DNA of 64,000 bases, taken from NCBI GenBank assembly GCA_963825135.1, contig CAWGRW010000009.1, positions 1,632,001-1,696,000 of the forward strand. Reading direction: 5' to 3'. Below are positions 42,750 through 52,911 of the stretch, piece after piece. The first letter of the stretch is position 1, and each line of letters begins with the position of its first letter. The notes under the pieces were generated by a model. It saw only the letters and a program-made list of their open reading frames with translations, did not search any database and was not told where the DNA came from. The translations under genes and the position numbers were made by a program. The DNA is from an uncultured bacterium (lineage in GTDB: Bacteria > Desulfobacterota_D > UBA1144 > Nemesobacterales > UBA2774).

Positions 42750-42838
42750 CTGACCGAAAAGGGCAAACTGTATGAAAATGCAGGGCGCAAAACCTATGGT
42801 CTAAGGGTTTAACACCTATGACGGCAGGGTTACCGAAG
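42750..42838 (+). ncRNA. Cyclic di-GMP-I (GEMM) riboswitch
   Basis: GGGCAAA-CTGTAT-GAAA-ATGCAG-GGCGCAAAA (P2 with GAAA tetraloop), CTAAG...TATG tetraloop receptor in P3, and 3' GGGTTACCG. Confidence 0.92.
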
Positions 42839-43095
42839 TTGGAGATACCTGTACACACTTTCTACGCCGTGCGCGCACGCGGCGCCCCTGTCGATCTAAC
42901 CTCCTATAATCATTATATATCCTGGTCAAGTTTGAGTGACTCTATCTCAAAGATAATTGGTGCATCAGATTTGTTATAATGAAGAGTTACAATAGACTAT
43001 TGACAATTATTAAAGAGCAGATTGATATTTTACAGGAAGTATTGCAATAACTTCAAAAAGGTGGTTAAATTAGTAATGTAAAGTAGGAGGATGAT

Positions 43096-44145
43096 TTGTT
43101 TTTAAGCAAAAAGGAACTTGTGGGACTTGATATTGGTTCTAACGCGGTTAAGCTCGTCGAGCTTAAAGCAACCAAAAACGGCTACCAGTTGAAGAATATC
43201 GGTGAAGCCGTTTTGCCCCCTAATTCAATAGTCAATAAGATCATCGAAAAGCGCGAAGCCGTTACGGATACGATCTCCTCGCTGTTTGAAGACCTGCGGG
43301 TTAAAACCAGGAATGTCGCGATTTCGATCTCCGGACACTCTGTAATAATAAAGAAGGTCAGCCTGCCCAAGATGTCGGAGAAAGAACTCCGGGAATCGAT
43401 CCCGTGGGAGCTCGAGCAGTACATTCCCCAGAGCATTCACGACGTGAACTATGACTATCAGGTTATCCCCGGGGAGACGCCCGAAGGGAACATAGACGTC
43501 CTGATCGTGGCCGCGAAGAAGGACGTAACAAATTCTTATGTTTCCATAGTGAACGACGTCGGCTTGAACCCCGTAGTCGTGGACGTCGATGTGTTCGCCC
43601 TTGAAAATATGTATGAAATCAATTATCCGGACTCGGAGGGTCTTGTCGCACTGGCTAATATCGGCGCCTCCGTTACCAACATAAATATACTGAAGGACGG
43701 CGTGTCGATATTCACGAGAGATATAACGACCGGCGGGAATCAGTTTACGGATTGGATAATGAAGGACCTCGGAGTCGACTACCCGGAAGCGGAGAGCATG
43801 AAGACCTCCATGCGCGGAGGGGAGAACTCCCCGGAACTCGAAGGACTCATCCACAATTACAACGACTTGATCTGTGGGGAGATTAAAAGGACGCTCGAAT
43901 TCTTTGCTTCGACTCTATGGACGAGCAAGGTAGGCAATATCCTGATAGGGGGCGGCTCGTCCAGAGTCCCCGGATTGAGAGACGTCCTCGAGGATTTAAC
44001 AGACGCAAAAGTCGATTTCATGAATCCGTTCAGAAATATAGCTTACGATAAAAATGACTTCGATCCCGAATATATAGAAGCGATAGCTCCGAAAATGAGC
44101 GTCGTCATGGGTCTCGCCACGAGGAAACCGGGGGATAAGGCATGA
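43096..44145 (+). CDS. pilM: Type IV pilus assembly protein PilM
   Basis: VGLDIGSNAVKLVEL, VVVDVDVFALEN and GGGSSR motifs. TTG start with AGGAGG RBS. Confidence 0.95.
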   Translation: MFLSKKELVGLDIGSNAVKLVELKATKNGYQLKNIGEAVLPPNSIVNKIIEKREAVTDTISSLFEDLRVKTRNVAISISGHSVIIKKVSLPKMSEKELRESIPWELEQYIPQSIHDVNYDYQVIPGETPEGNIDVLIVAAKKDVTNSYVSIVNDVGLNPVVVDVDVFALENMYEINYPDSEGLVALANIGASVTNINILKDGVSIFTRDITTGGNQFTDWIMKDLGVDYPEAESMKTSMRGGENSPELEGLIHNYNDLICGEIKRTLEFFASTLWTSKVGNILIGGGSSRVPGLRDVLEDLTDAKVDFMNPFRNIAYDKNDFDPEYIEAIAPKMSVVMGLATRKPGDKA

Positions 44146-44765
44146 TCAGGATAAACCTTATTCCGGCGGCGGATAGGAAGGAGGTTAAGGGGGTCGGCGA
44201 CATATTTATAGGGATCTGCGTTCTCGTCGCTTTATTCACGGCGATTGCGGCTATACATATTTTACAGGCAAATAAAATAGAGGATGTTAACCGGAGAATC
44301 GTAAAGACTGAGAAGAAGATTAAGGAGCTTGAGGTTATAAAAGTGAAGGTCGACGATTTTAAGGCGAAAAACGCGGAGCTCAACAGGAGAATCGAGATTA
44401 TCAGCGTGCTTGAGAAAAATCGCACCGGACCTTTATATGTGATGGACGCCCTTTCTCATGCTGTCCCGAACAAAGCATGGATAGACGAATTCACCGAGAA
44501 AGGGTCACAGACCAAGCTCGTAGGCATAGCCGACAGCGAATTCACTGTGGCGGATTTCATGCAGGCTCTGCAATCCTCCCCATATTTCGAGGGTGTGGAA
44601 TTGGGGGTAATCAAAAAAACGGAACTGCGCAAACTCGACCTGAGGGCTTTTGTCATAAATACCAAGCTCAATTACGCCGGGAAATCGAATACGAAGGACG
44701 ATAAGAATCAAGATGTTAAATCTCCGGCGAAGGGTCCTGAGTCGAAGAAGGCGGTGACGGAATGA
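44142..44765 (+). CDS. pilN: Type IV pilus assembly protein PilN
   Basis: N-terminal MIRINLIP (INLLP motif), TM segment and coiled coil. Confidence 0.93.
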   Translation: MIRINLIPAADRKEVKGVGDIFIGICVLVALFTAIAAIHILQANKIEDVNRRIVKTEKKIKELEVIKVKVDDFKAKNAELNRRIEIISVLEKNRTGPLYVMDALSHAVPNKAWIDEFTEKGSQTKLVGIADSEFTVADFMQALQSSPYFEGVELGVIKKTELRKLDLRAFVINTKLNYAGKSNTKDDKNQDVKSPAKGPESKKAVTE

Positions 44766-45397
44766 TGGCTTTTATCGAAGATTATTCCGAAAGGCTGACC
44801 GAGCAGCCGCTGCACGTAAGGGCCGGCATACTGCTCGCTGTCGTCGTATTGATATCCGTAATTTACTGGTATTTCTTCTGGTCGCCGAATGCGGAAGAGT
44901 TAAAGAGCGCTCAAGGCAGGCTCGGACAGGACGAGATAAAGATAAGGGAATACGAGGCGATCGCAACCGAGCTGCCCAAGTTCGAAAGAGAGTACAAGAG
45001 GCTCGACAAGGAGTTTCAGCTCGTAACGCGCAAGCTTCCGAACGATAAGGAGATTCCGGCATTAATAGACGGCGTGTATTCCGAGATTGCGGCTTCGAAT
45101 CTCGAATCCATAATTTTCGCTCCCAAGCCGCAGGTCACAAAAGAAATATATGCCGAGATCCCGATAGAGATGGAAGTAATAGGAACATACTTTAACCTCG
45201 CTGATTTTTTCGACCGCATATCGAGACTTCCGAGGATAGTGAACGTGCGGGATCTTCAGCTCACCCGCAACGATATCCGAGGGGGTAATGTGATACTCAA
45301 CGTAAAATTCGACGTAGTAACTTTCAGACTCCTGCCCCCTCAGGAAATCAACGCTCAGGATAACAAGAAAATGAAGGGAAGGAAGCAAAAGAAATAA
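44762..45397 (+). CDS. pilO: Type IV pilus assembly protein PilO
   Basis: TM segment, LP..KEIPAL, YAEIPI and FFDRISRLPRIVNV. Confidence 0.93.
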   Translation: MMAFIEDYSERLTEQPLHVRAGILLAVVVLISVIYWYFFWSPNAEELKSAQGRLGQDEIKIREYEAIATELPKFEREYKRLDKEFQLVTRKLPNDKEIPALIDGVYSEIAASNLESIIFAPKPQVTKEIYAEIPIEMEVIGTYFNLADFFDRISRLPRIVNVRDLQLTRNDIRGGNVILNVKFDVVTFRLLPPQEINAQDNKKMKGRKQKK

Positions 45398-45405
45398 AAA
45401 CAGTA

Positions 45406-46077
45406 TTGATGGATGTTCAATATACGGATATGAAGACGTACGGATTGATAAAATTGATTTTTGTCCTGTTATTTGCCCTCTGGCCATTGCGGTTAGCAGG
45501 CTCGCAGGAAGTGCAGGCTCCTTCCGACAGTACCCTGTCGCAGGGCTTACAGGTAATTAAAGACGCCAGAGAAGGCAAGATGGAGACACCGGAACAGAGG
45601 GCCGGGGATTCTGCGGCTGAGGAAAGTCCCGCGGCGCCGGGCCCTGCCGGCGGGCAAACGGGTGTTACGACTCCGGAACAGCCGGGGGGAAAAGACCTCC
45701 AGACGACCCGGGAGGAAAAGCCGCCCTATGATTCCACTGGCATGCGGGACCCCTTTAAACCCTTTATCAAGTTAGTCGATACCCCGGCTTCGCCTTCGCT
45801 GGTGCTGCGTCCTCCGATACAGAGGTACCCGTTAAACCAGTTCAGAATTGTGGGGATCGTATGGATAGGCGGCAAGCCCCAGGCGATGATCGTTGACCCG
45901 GAGGCGAACACATACTTCCTCGGTGCGGGGGACAAGATAGGGAGCAGTGACGGGGAGATAATGGAAGTCAGGGAGAGCGGGATCCTGGTGCAGGAAAAGA
46001 CAAGACTCGAGAACGCATACGGAGAGGCAAAAATCGAAGTGAAACAGTCTGTACTGGCTTTTCAAAACGACCAATGA
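45406..46077 (+). CDS. pilP: Type IV pilus assembly protein PilP
   Basis: RDPF motif, then L.QF...GIVW..G...AMI.DP and GDKIG. Start is uncertain (45406, 45409 or 45430). Confidence 0.85.
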   Translation: MMDVQYTDMKTYGLIKLIFVLLFALWPLRLAGSQEVQAPSDSTLSQGLQVIKDAREGKMETPEQRAGDSAAEESPAAPGPAGGQTGVTTPEQPGGKDLQTTREEKPPYDSTGMRDPFKPFIKLVDTPASPSLVLRPPIQRYPLNQFRIVGIVWIGGKPQAMIVDPEANTYFLGAGDKIGSSDGEIMEVRESGILVQEKTRLENAYGEAKIEVKQSVLAFQNDQ

Positions 46078-46126
46078 CAAGAGGATACGTATTCAGGAGG
46101 ACGATTAAGTTAAGGAGGATGGTTTA

Positions 46127-48055
46127 ATGAGATTCCTGATAATATCAATCGTGCTAATAATTTGTGCCCTGTATTCAGGTTCACAGGTCTATAGTGCGCA
46201 GCCACAGCAAAATTACGACTACCACGAGTCGCCTATCGAGGCGTCGGGAATTGCGGGTGCGGGAGGAGTAAACAAGAAATCTCCCGTCCAGGTAGCCCAG
46301 GCCCAGACAGGCACGACGGCTGTTCCCCAGAATACGACCGTTAACATGCCTAACCCTTCCGATGAATATAATCATATCGAGAGCATCGGTTTTGAGGTTC
46401 AGCAGGGGATGGGGATAGTTACCATAGGAACGGTCTCGGGTGTTCAGTACGAAAGACTCGCGGATGAGGATAAGAAAGTCACAATTAAGATTATGGACGC
46501 CATTCTCGCGGACAAGTTTCAGGTCTCGCGGGACGTCAGTGATTTCGACAGCCCGATCAGCTTCATATCCTCGTTCAGGGACCCGATCAAGCCGAACGAC
46601 GTAATAGTAGTTATCGAGCTCAAGGATGACGACGTGCCGGTGGATATCGGACAGAAAGGGAACGTGATTACGCTCAATTTCGGTAAAACGCGCGAGCAGC
46701 AAGTATCAGCCGCGGAGAAGGGGGAGGTGGAGGTCGCGGTTAAGCCGGAGGACCTCTACGCCTTCGATTTCAGACTAACATCGATACCGGGCGCGACGAA
46801 GACCTATAAAGGCCAGCTGGTTTCGTTTGATTTTAAAGACGCGGATATAAGGGACGTGCTCAGAATAATTTCTGATATAAGCGGACTCAACATGATTATT
46901 TCCAGAAACGTATCCGGCACGGTTACGCTGAAGCTTACGAACGTCCCGTGGGACCAGGCGCTCGACGTGATTCTCGAAGACGCCGGTCTCGGGGCCTTCA
47001 TAGACGGGAATGTGCTTAGGGTAGCCCCCCTTGGTACGCTCCAGGCGAGGCAGAAGGCGGTAAAGAAGGCAGCGGAAACCAGTGAAGAATTGGAGCCCCT
47101 CATCACCAAACAGGTATTCGTCAACTATGCAAAGTCCGAGGAGCTCATACCGCTCGTCGAGCCCCTGTTGAGCGACAGAGGGGAGCTGAGGGTCGATATA
47201 CGCACTAACAGCTTACTAATTAACGATACGGGCGTCAGAGTGGCCCAGATCGAGAACCTTGTCGGCGAGCTCGATACGAGGACTCCTCAGGTACTGATAG
47301 AATCGCGAATAGTTCAGGCCACACTCGATTTCGCGCGCGACCTCGGCATCCAGTGGGGCTTTGACTATACGGCCTCCGCAGCCACGGGGAATCCGACGGG
47401 CGCGACTTTCCCGTCGAGTGTCGAGATCGGCGGTTCCACGACCGGGAGCCCCTTCGGGACGACAGGCGATAATTTCATAATCGACCTGCCTGCCGCAGCC
47501 GGTCCGGGTGCGGGCGGAGTTCTGGGACTCGTTCTCGGCAGCTTAACAGGAGCATACGACCTCGACCTCAGGCTTTCCGCTCTAGAATCGAGAGGGGACG
47601 GCAGGATACTGTCATCGCCAAAGGTGCTGACACTCGACAATACGCCCGCCAGGATAGAGCAGGGCGTATCGATACCGTTCCTGAGCGTTTCCGCCGCGGG
47701 TACGCAGACCCAGTTCGTCGACGCCACGCTCAGCCTCGAGGTTACACCCCAGGTGACGAACGACAACAGGATATTGATGAATATTGTAGTTACGGATAAT
47801 CGACCCGATACCGCCTTGACCGGGGCGAACGGACAGCCCAGCATCAGGAGGAACGAGGCGACTACTCAGGTCCTCGCGAGCGACGGAGAGACTATAGTAA
47901 TAGGTGGTATATTGACTAGAGAGATTGCCGATTCGGACAAGAGCATACCGTGGTTCTCGAGACTGCCTCTCCTTGGATGGCTTTTCCAGAGGAGCTCGAC
48001 GGTCGACGCGCGGAGGGAGCTAATAGTCTTTATCACTCCGAGGATTGTAAGGTAG
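46127..48055 (+). CDS. pilQ: Type IV pilus secretin PilQ
   Basis: SFDFKDADIR, VPWDQALD, QVLIESRIV, DGETIVIGG, LPLLGWLF and ELIVFITPRIV. Confidence 0.95.
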   Translation: MRFLIISIVLIICALYSGSQVYSAQPQQNYDYHESPIEASGIAGAGGVNKKSPVQVAQAQTGTTAVPQNTTVNMPNPSDEYNHIESIGFEVQQGMGIVTIGTVSGVQYERLADEDKKVTIKIMDAILADKFQVSRDVSDFDSPISFISSFRDPIKPNDVIVVIELKDDDVPVDIGQKGNVITLNFGKTREQQVSAAEKGEVEVAVKPEDLYAFDFRLTSIPGATKTYKGQLVSFDFKDADIRDVLRIISDISGLNMIISRNVSGTVTLKLTNVPWDQALDVILEDAGLGAFIDGNVLRVAPLGTLQARQKAVKKAAETSEELEPLITKQVFVNYAKSEELIPLVEPLLSDRGELRVDIRTNSLLINDTGVRVAQIENLVGELDTRTPQVLIESRIVQATLDFARDLGIQWGFDYTASAATGNPTGATFPSSVEIGGSTTGSPFGTTGDNFIIDLPAAAGPGAGGVLGLVLGSLTGAYDLDLRLSALESRGDGRILSSPKVLTLDNTPARIEQGVSIPFLSVSAAGTQTQFVDATLSLEVTPQVTNDNRILMNIVVTDNRPDTALTGANGQPSIRRNEATTQVLASDGETIVIGGILTREIADSDKSIPWFSRLPLLGWLFQRSSTVDARRELIVFITPRIVR

Positions 48056-48091
48056 GAGCGAGTTGAAACATTCAAAGAGGAGGATGATTTG

Positions 48092-48650
48092 ATGAACAGG
48101 AAACTAATGGGGAAGATATTATTCCCCTCAATAATAGCGGTAATGTTAACGGCGGGAGTGATCGCCGTAAGCTGCGGAGGGGCAAACCCGCCTTTCGCGC
48201 CTTTCGGCTCGACGGTCGAGATACTCGATCCCCCCGAGCGATGTAGCGATACCGAATAATTCCCTGACTACGCTTCTTGTGCAAGCTCTAGTGCTGGGTC
48301 CTGACGGACAGCCTTTGAACAGTGTAAGGGTTGTATGGATCGCGTCATTCGCGGGCGAGAATGATTTGGTGGTCGACACGAACGGGGATAACGTAGGCGA
48401 TGCCAGAGCAGTACAATTGGTTAATGATGACGCTTGTACGCCGGACAGATGCGCGCTGACGCCTCTGCAGGAGTGGTTCAGCATGGGGGCATTTGTCGAT
48501 TCTCCTTTTGAGACCCTCACCGACGACCGCGGCGTTGCATTCGTCGACATTCTGATAAGCGGCGAGGACATAATCGACCCGGCGTTCCTGGAGGCGTCCA
48601 CCGACAGCGGCTCGGTCGATGTAGTCGAGTTCACTGTGAACGTTCCGTAG
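48092..48650 (+). CDS. Hypothetical lipoprotein with a +1 frameshift in a C6 run at 48230-48235
   Basis: GAGGAGG RBS and MNRK...lipobox AVSC. Removing one C joins it to ORF 48279-48650 (TDDRGVA, Ig/invasin-like). Confidence 0.7.
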
Positions 48651-48684
48651 GAGTATAAGTTCATATAAGGAGGGATGGATTATT

Positions 48685-49611
48685 ATGAGAATAAGGAACT
48701 TGTTTAAACATAAATTGGTGCGTGTTTCTTCGGTCCTGTTATTTCTGGTCTTATTTTTAGGCTCGCAATACGCCTGTCTCGACGGTCTTGGCGGCGACAG
48801 CTCGGAACACCCTATAAATACGGCTATAATCGGTCTGAGCGCGAATCCGCCTTCTCTCTTTGGCAATGCAGGCAAGGATTCTGTAATACAGGTGAATACG
48901 AACCTGGTCCCTGACGGAACACCCATAGATTTTGAGATTACATTTTCGCCCACCGGCCTCAGGCCGGAGTTGAGAGGGTGCTTGTTCGATAGCACCGGGA
49001 CGGTCGAAGGAAATTTGGCTTTTGTGAATTACCTGGCGGGTGTGCATAAAGGAGCCGGCGCTACGATCGAGGAGATAGCTGCTGATGTCGCTACTGTAAA
49101 TGTATCAACTACGATCCACCCCGTGGACGGGGATGAGGAGAGCGATTTTATTACCATGACACTCCGGGGAGTGGGAATAGTGGGGCCCGGTAATCAGGAC
49201 ATTACCGTTCCGAATCCGATGGATCTGGAAGCGGAGGACATATTTTTAACGCTTATTTTTCAGACAGTCGGAATAGAGCCGGGGACCCTCGCAGAAGTAT
49301 CCCTCAGCGACCCCGCGCTTGGATCATTAAACGATGGAGACAGCGACGTTTTTGTGCCCGTTTTGGGGGACTCGGAAGGGGGGCAGTTTATAGTTCAGTA
49401 CAATGCTTTCAGAGTGGGCGGTACTCAGGTCATTACTGCGAGAATCCAGCTTGAGGTCCCGCCTGAGTTCACGGCAATCTGTCCCATACCCCCCGCGGAG
49501 GACTTGCTCATAGAATCGGTCGTCGTTATTACTCAGTCGGTGGAATCTCTGTCGCCATCACCGTCGCCTTCTGCTACTCCGACTCCGACTCCGACAATGC
49601 CGACACCATAA
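48685..49611 (+). CDS. Hypothetical acidic exported/lipoprotein with a Ser/Thr-Pro tail
   Basis: Hydrophobic N-terminus ending QYAC, beta-rich body, C-terminal SPSPSPSATPTPTPT. Confidence 0.75.
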   Translation: MRIRNLFKHKLVRVSSVLLFLVLFLGSQYACLDGLGGDSSEHPINTAIIGLSANPPSLFGNAGKDSVIQVNTNLVPDGTPIDFEITFSPTGLRPELRGCLFDSTGTVEGNLAFVNYLAGVHKGAGATIEEIAADVATVNVSTTIHPVDGDEESDFITMTLRGVGIVGPGNQDITVPNPMDLEAEDIFLTLIFQTVGIEPGTLAEVSLSDPALGSLNDGDSDVFVPVLGDSEGGQFIVQYNAFRVGGTQVITARIQLEVPPEFTAICPIPPAEDLLIESVVVITQSVESLSPSPSPSATPTPTPTMPTP

Positions 49612-49739
49612 GCATGAGATCGGGGGATGTTGTGGATATAAAGACGAAATTAATCGGGTGACGGGATATTGCTATCCAATAGATTACGCCGTATTTTTAA
49701 GGTGCAGTTTCCTTATCTCTCATTATTTCCAGATAATTG

Positions 49740-49817
49740 TTTGACTTAATCCCGGCCTTTTGTTTACTATTTTTTGACATCTATTTTCCAACACGCTTAA
49801 TTTTCGGTAATATGTAT
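49740..49817 (+). repeat. 78-bp imperfect direct repeat, copy 1 (promoter-like)
   Basis: TTTGACTTAATCCCGGCCTTTT...CGCTTAATTTTCGGTAATAT is shared with 50585-50662. Confidence 0.85.
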
Positions 49818-49838
49818 TGCGTGGGGTGAGATTGTAAA

Positions 49839-50066
49839 ATGACCAAACAGTTCAAAGTTATAGTTGAAAAGCATGCCGATGGCTACGTAGCATACCCCCT
49901 CGGCTTGAAAGGTGTGGTCGTTGGCGAGGGCGAGACTTATGAAGATGCCTTGGCCGACGTAAAATCCGCTATCAGTTTCCATATTGAAACTTTCGGAAAA
50001 GATGTTTTGATAGATGAATCACCTGTGCTCGAAGTTTTTATAGCAGAAGCGGGGGTTGGTATCTGA
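49839..50066 (+). CDS. hicB: HicB-family antitoxin, short form without a DNA-binding domain
   Basis: F.VIVEK..DGYVA....L.G....GETYEDAL.....AI..H pattern. Confidence 0.85.
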   Translation: MTKQFKVIVEKHADGYVAYPLGLKGVVVGEGETYEDALADVKSAISFHIETFGKDVLIDESPVLEVFIAEAGVGI

Positions 50067-50317
50067 TATCTGTCTTGTCGTTTCACATCTTCTAAACGAG
50101 CTCCCTTCTTCGTCTAGAAAATTATCCAATAAGCTTTACTTCTAAGTTTTGAAATCTATTAAATGTTTTTGAACCGTTTTTATGCATCCCTTGACAGTCG
50201 TTTTAATTTGATTTAATAGGATTCCTATGGAAATACTAGAATATAAACTCAATATAGGCGATATTTCGATCACGAAGATGTTGAATAGACTTTTCAAATA
50301 TTCTATCGGAAAGTCTC

Positions 50318-50557
50318 ATGATTAAATTTCCAGTCGATGCTCCTAAGACGAAAGTCATAAAGACACTTGAACTTCTGGGGTTTCGTCTTGTTCGCGAAAG
50401 AGAGCACATCGCGATGGTAAGAGAAAATCCCGACGGTACGCGGACTCCGTTGACCATACCCAATCATGCCCGGATCAAGGGTTCAACCTTGCGCAACATC
50501 TGTACTCAGGCGGGCATCCTCAGAGAAGATTTCCTGAAGGCTTACGAACAAGCTTGA
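50318..50557 (+). CDS. hicA: HicA-family toxin
   Basis: VIK.LE.LGF..VR...HI.M......TIPNH..IK..TL..I..QAG pattern. Confidence 0.85.
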   Translation: MIKFPVDAPKTKVIKTLELLGFRLVREREHIAMVRENPDGTRTPLTIPNHARIKGSTLRNICTQAGILREDFLKAYEQA

Positions 50558-50584
50558 AATAGTCATTTTGCTGACATTTTGGTA

Positions 50585-50662
50585 TTTGACTTAATCCCGG
50601 CCTTTTCTTACTATTTATCTGATAACTGTTTCCCAATGCGCTTAATTTTCGGTAATATCTAT
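50585..50662 (+). repeat. 78-bp imperfect direct repeat, copy 2 (TTGACT-17-TACTAT promoter upstream of the mutase)
   Basis: Matches the copy at 49740. Confidence 0.85.
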
Positions 50663-50727
50663 AGTATGTTGAGCAGGTGTTTCACGGGTTCCAAGATTTG
50701 ATCAAGTCAATCGGGTTGGAGGGTCGG

Positions 50728-52395
50728 ATGTCTGTTGACGAAAACGAGCTTGAAAGGATGAGGAAAGCGAGAGAGCTTTGGGAGAAAGATTACGGCAGCG
50801 CCTCGAAAAGGGAGGCCGACTATACGACCATCTCCGGGATGGATGTGCCGCCACTCATTACGCCACTTGACTTAAACGGTTTTAATTTTGAGGAAAAACT
50901 GGGTTTCCCCGGCGCGTATCCCTATACCCGGGGTATCCACAGCACTATGTACAGGGGCCGTCTCTGGACCATGCGCCAGTTCGCGGGGTTCGGGACGCCC
51001 GAGGACACCAACGGGCGCTTCAAATACCTGATGGAGCACGGGCAGACCGGTCTCAGCACCGCGTTCGATATGCCCACGCTTATGGGCTACGACAGCGACC
51101 ACGAACGCTCGAGGGGGGAGGTCGGGAAAGAGGGCGTATCGGTATCCTCGCTTGCCGATATGGAGGTACTCTTCGACGGCATAGACCTCGAGAAAGTGAC
51201 GACCTCTATGACCATCAACTGCAGCGCGAGCGTCGTATTCGCGATGTATCTCGTCATGGCCGAGAAGAAAGGGGTCAGCTGGCACAAGCTCCGGGGCACC
51301 CTCCAGAACGATATGCTGAAGGAGTTCATCGCTCAGAGGGAATGGATATCGCCGCCCGAGCCGTCCGTAAAAATCACAGTCGACATTATGGAATTCTGCG
51401 CTAAGGAAGTCCCGCAGTGGCACCCGGTCTCGGTATCCGGCTACCACATCCGCGAGGCGGGCTCGACCGCCGTCCAGGAGCTTGCGTTTACGCTCGCAGA
51501 CGGCATAGCGTATGTGGAAGAAGGCATTAAGCGCGGTCTCGACGTGGACGATTTCGCTCCCCGCCTCTCTTTCTTTTTCAACGTGCACAACGACTTTCTC
51601 GAAGAGATCGCCAAATACAGGGCCGCGAGAAGGATGTGGGCGAAGATCATGCGGGAACGCTTCGGAGCCACGAATCCGAAATCCCTGATGCTGAAAACCC
51701 ACGCGCAAACGGCGGGGGCGAGCCTCACGGCGCAGCAGCCTATAAATAACGTCGCGAGGGTGACGATTCAGGCCCTCGCTGCCGTGCTCGGCGGAACTCA
51801 GTCGCTCCACACGAACTCGATGGACGAAACGCTCGCACTGCCGACGGAGGAGTCCGTTACGGTCGCGCTCAGGACTCAGCAGATAATCGCCGAAGAAAGC
51901 GGAGTCGTGAACACGATCGACCCCTTCGGCGGGAGCTACGTGATGGAATCGCTCACTGAAAGGATAGAGCAGGAAGCGTTCGCTTACATAAACAAGATAG
52001 ACGAGATGGGTGGTATATTCCGGGCTATAGAAACGGGCTATCCCCAGAAAGAGATCGCCGACGCGGCATATAAGTATCAGAGAGAGATCGATACGGGTTT
52101 GAAGACCATAGTAGGGGTCAATAAATACAATACCGAAGGCGAAGTTACCATACCCACACTTAAAATCGAGGAGTGGGTCGAGACGGGTCAGATTGAGAAA
52201 CTCCGTGAGCTCAAGAAAAAGAGAAATAATAAAGCCGTTCAGGCGAGGCTCAGGGATATTGTCACGGCCGCGCGGAACGGGGATAACCTGATGCCTTCCA
52301 TAATTGATGCCGTAAGGGAATACGCCACTCTCGGGGAAATATGCGATATATTCAGGGAAGTGTACGGGGTTTACAGAGACCCGGGCTATTTTTAA
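50728..52395 (+). CDS. icmA: B12-dependent acyl-CoA mutase large subunit, isobutyryl-CoA-mutase-like
   Basis: [39 protein letters not shown] and GGTQSLHTN. Phe/Gln at the specificity positions. Confidence 0.75.
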   Translation: MSVDENELERMRKARELWEKDYGSASKREADYTTISGMDVPPLITPLDLNGFNFEEKLGFPGAYPYTRGIHSTMYRGRLWTMRQFAGFGTPEDTNGRFKYLMEHGQTGLSTAFDMPTLMGYDSDHERSRGEVGKEGVSVSSLADMEVLFDGIDLEKVTTSMTINCSASVVFAMYLVMAEKKGVSWHKLRGTLQNDMLKEFIAQREWISPPEPSVKITVDIMEFCAKEVPQWHPVSVSGYHIREAGSTAVQELAFTLADGIAYVEEGIKRGLDVDDFAPRLSFFFNVHNDFLEEIAKYRAARRMWAKIMRERFGATNPKSLMLKTHAQTAGASLTAQQPINNVARVTIQALAAVLGGTQSLHTNSMDETLALPTEESVTVALRTQQIIAEESGVVNTIDPFGGSYVMESLTERIEQEAFAYINKIDEMGGIFRAIETGYPQKEIADAAYKYQREIDTGLKTIVGVNKYNTEGEVTIPTLKIEEWVETGQIEKLRELKKKRNNKAVQARLRDIVTAARNGDNLMPSIIDAVREYATLGEICDIFREVYGVYRDPGYF

Positions 52396-52491
52396 CGGCT
52401 GCCGGGTCTGCCCGCAAGCGTCTTATTTCTAAGCCAGGGGCGGAAGGCTTCTCCGTAAAAGAAACATAACTTATTTTTGAGGGCGTTCTGT

Positions 52492-52902
52492 ATGGGTCAG
52501 GGTTCGAGAACCAGGATACTGATAGGGAAAGCGGGCCTCGACGGTCACGACAGGGGTGTAAAGATAGTCGCGCGGGCGCTCCGGGACGCGGGATTCGAGG
52601 TCATTTATACCGGGCTCCATAATACGCCCGAGGCCATAGTCGAGACCGCGCTTCAGGAAGACGTGGACGCTCTTGGGCTAAGCATACTCTCGGGCGCGCA
52701 TAACTTTATTTTCCCGGAGGTCATAAGACTCCTGAACGAAAAAGGCATCGGGGACATAACCGTTTTCGGGGGCGGTATAATTCCCAAGGAAGATGTCGAG
52801 TATCTGAAGAAGATGGGTGTCAAGGCCCTGTTCGAGCCGGGCGTATCGACGGACGAGATAATAAACTGGGTAAGAGAGAATGTTATTCCTAAGAATCTAT
52901 AA
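52492..52902 (+). CDS. icmB: Cobalamin-binding small subunit of the acyl-CoA mutase
   Basis: [15 protein letters not shown] and GGGIIP motifs. Confidence 0.75.
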   Translation: MGQGSRTRILIGKAGLDGHDRGVKIVARALRDAGFEVIYTGLHNTPEAIVETALQEDVDALGLSILSGAHNFIFPEVIRLLNEKGIGDITVFGGGIIPKEDVEYLKKMGVKALFEPGVSTDEIINWVRENVIPKNL

Positions 52903-52911
52903 GGTCGCTCG

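Noticed and set aside
42750..42838. cGAMP-selective (GEMM-Ib) riboswitch
   Set aside because: The discriminating position is G (42762), not A.
50584..50612. dif/Xer site in the hicBA-flanking repeat
   Set aside because: One arm (TTAAGTCAAAT on the minus strand) resembles a XerD site, but no XerC arm lies at 6-bp spacing. A sigma70 promoter explains the sequence better.
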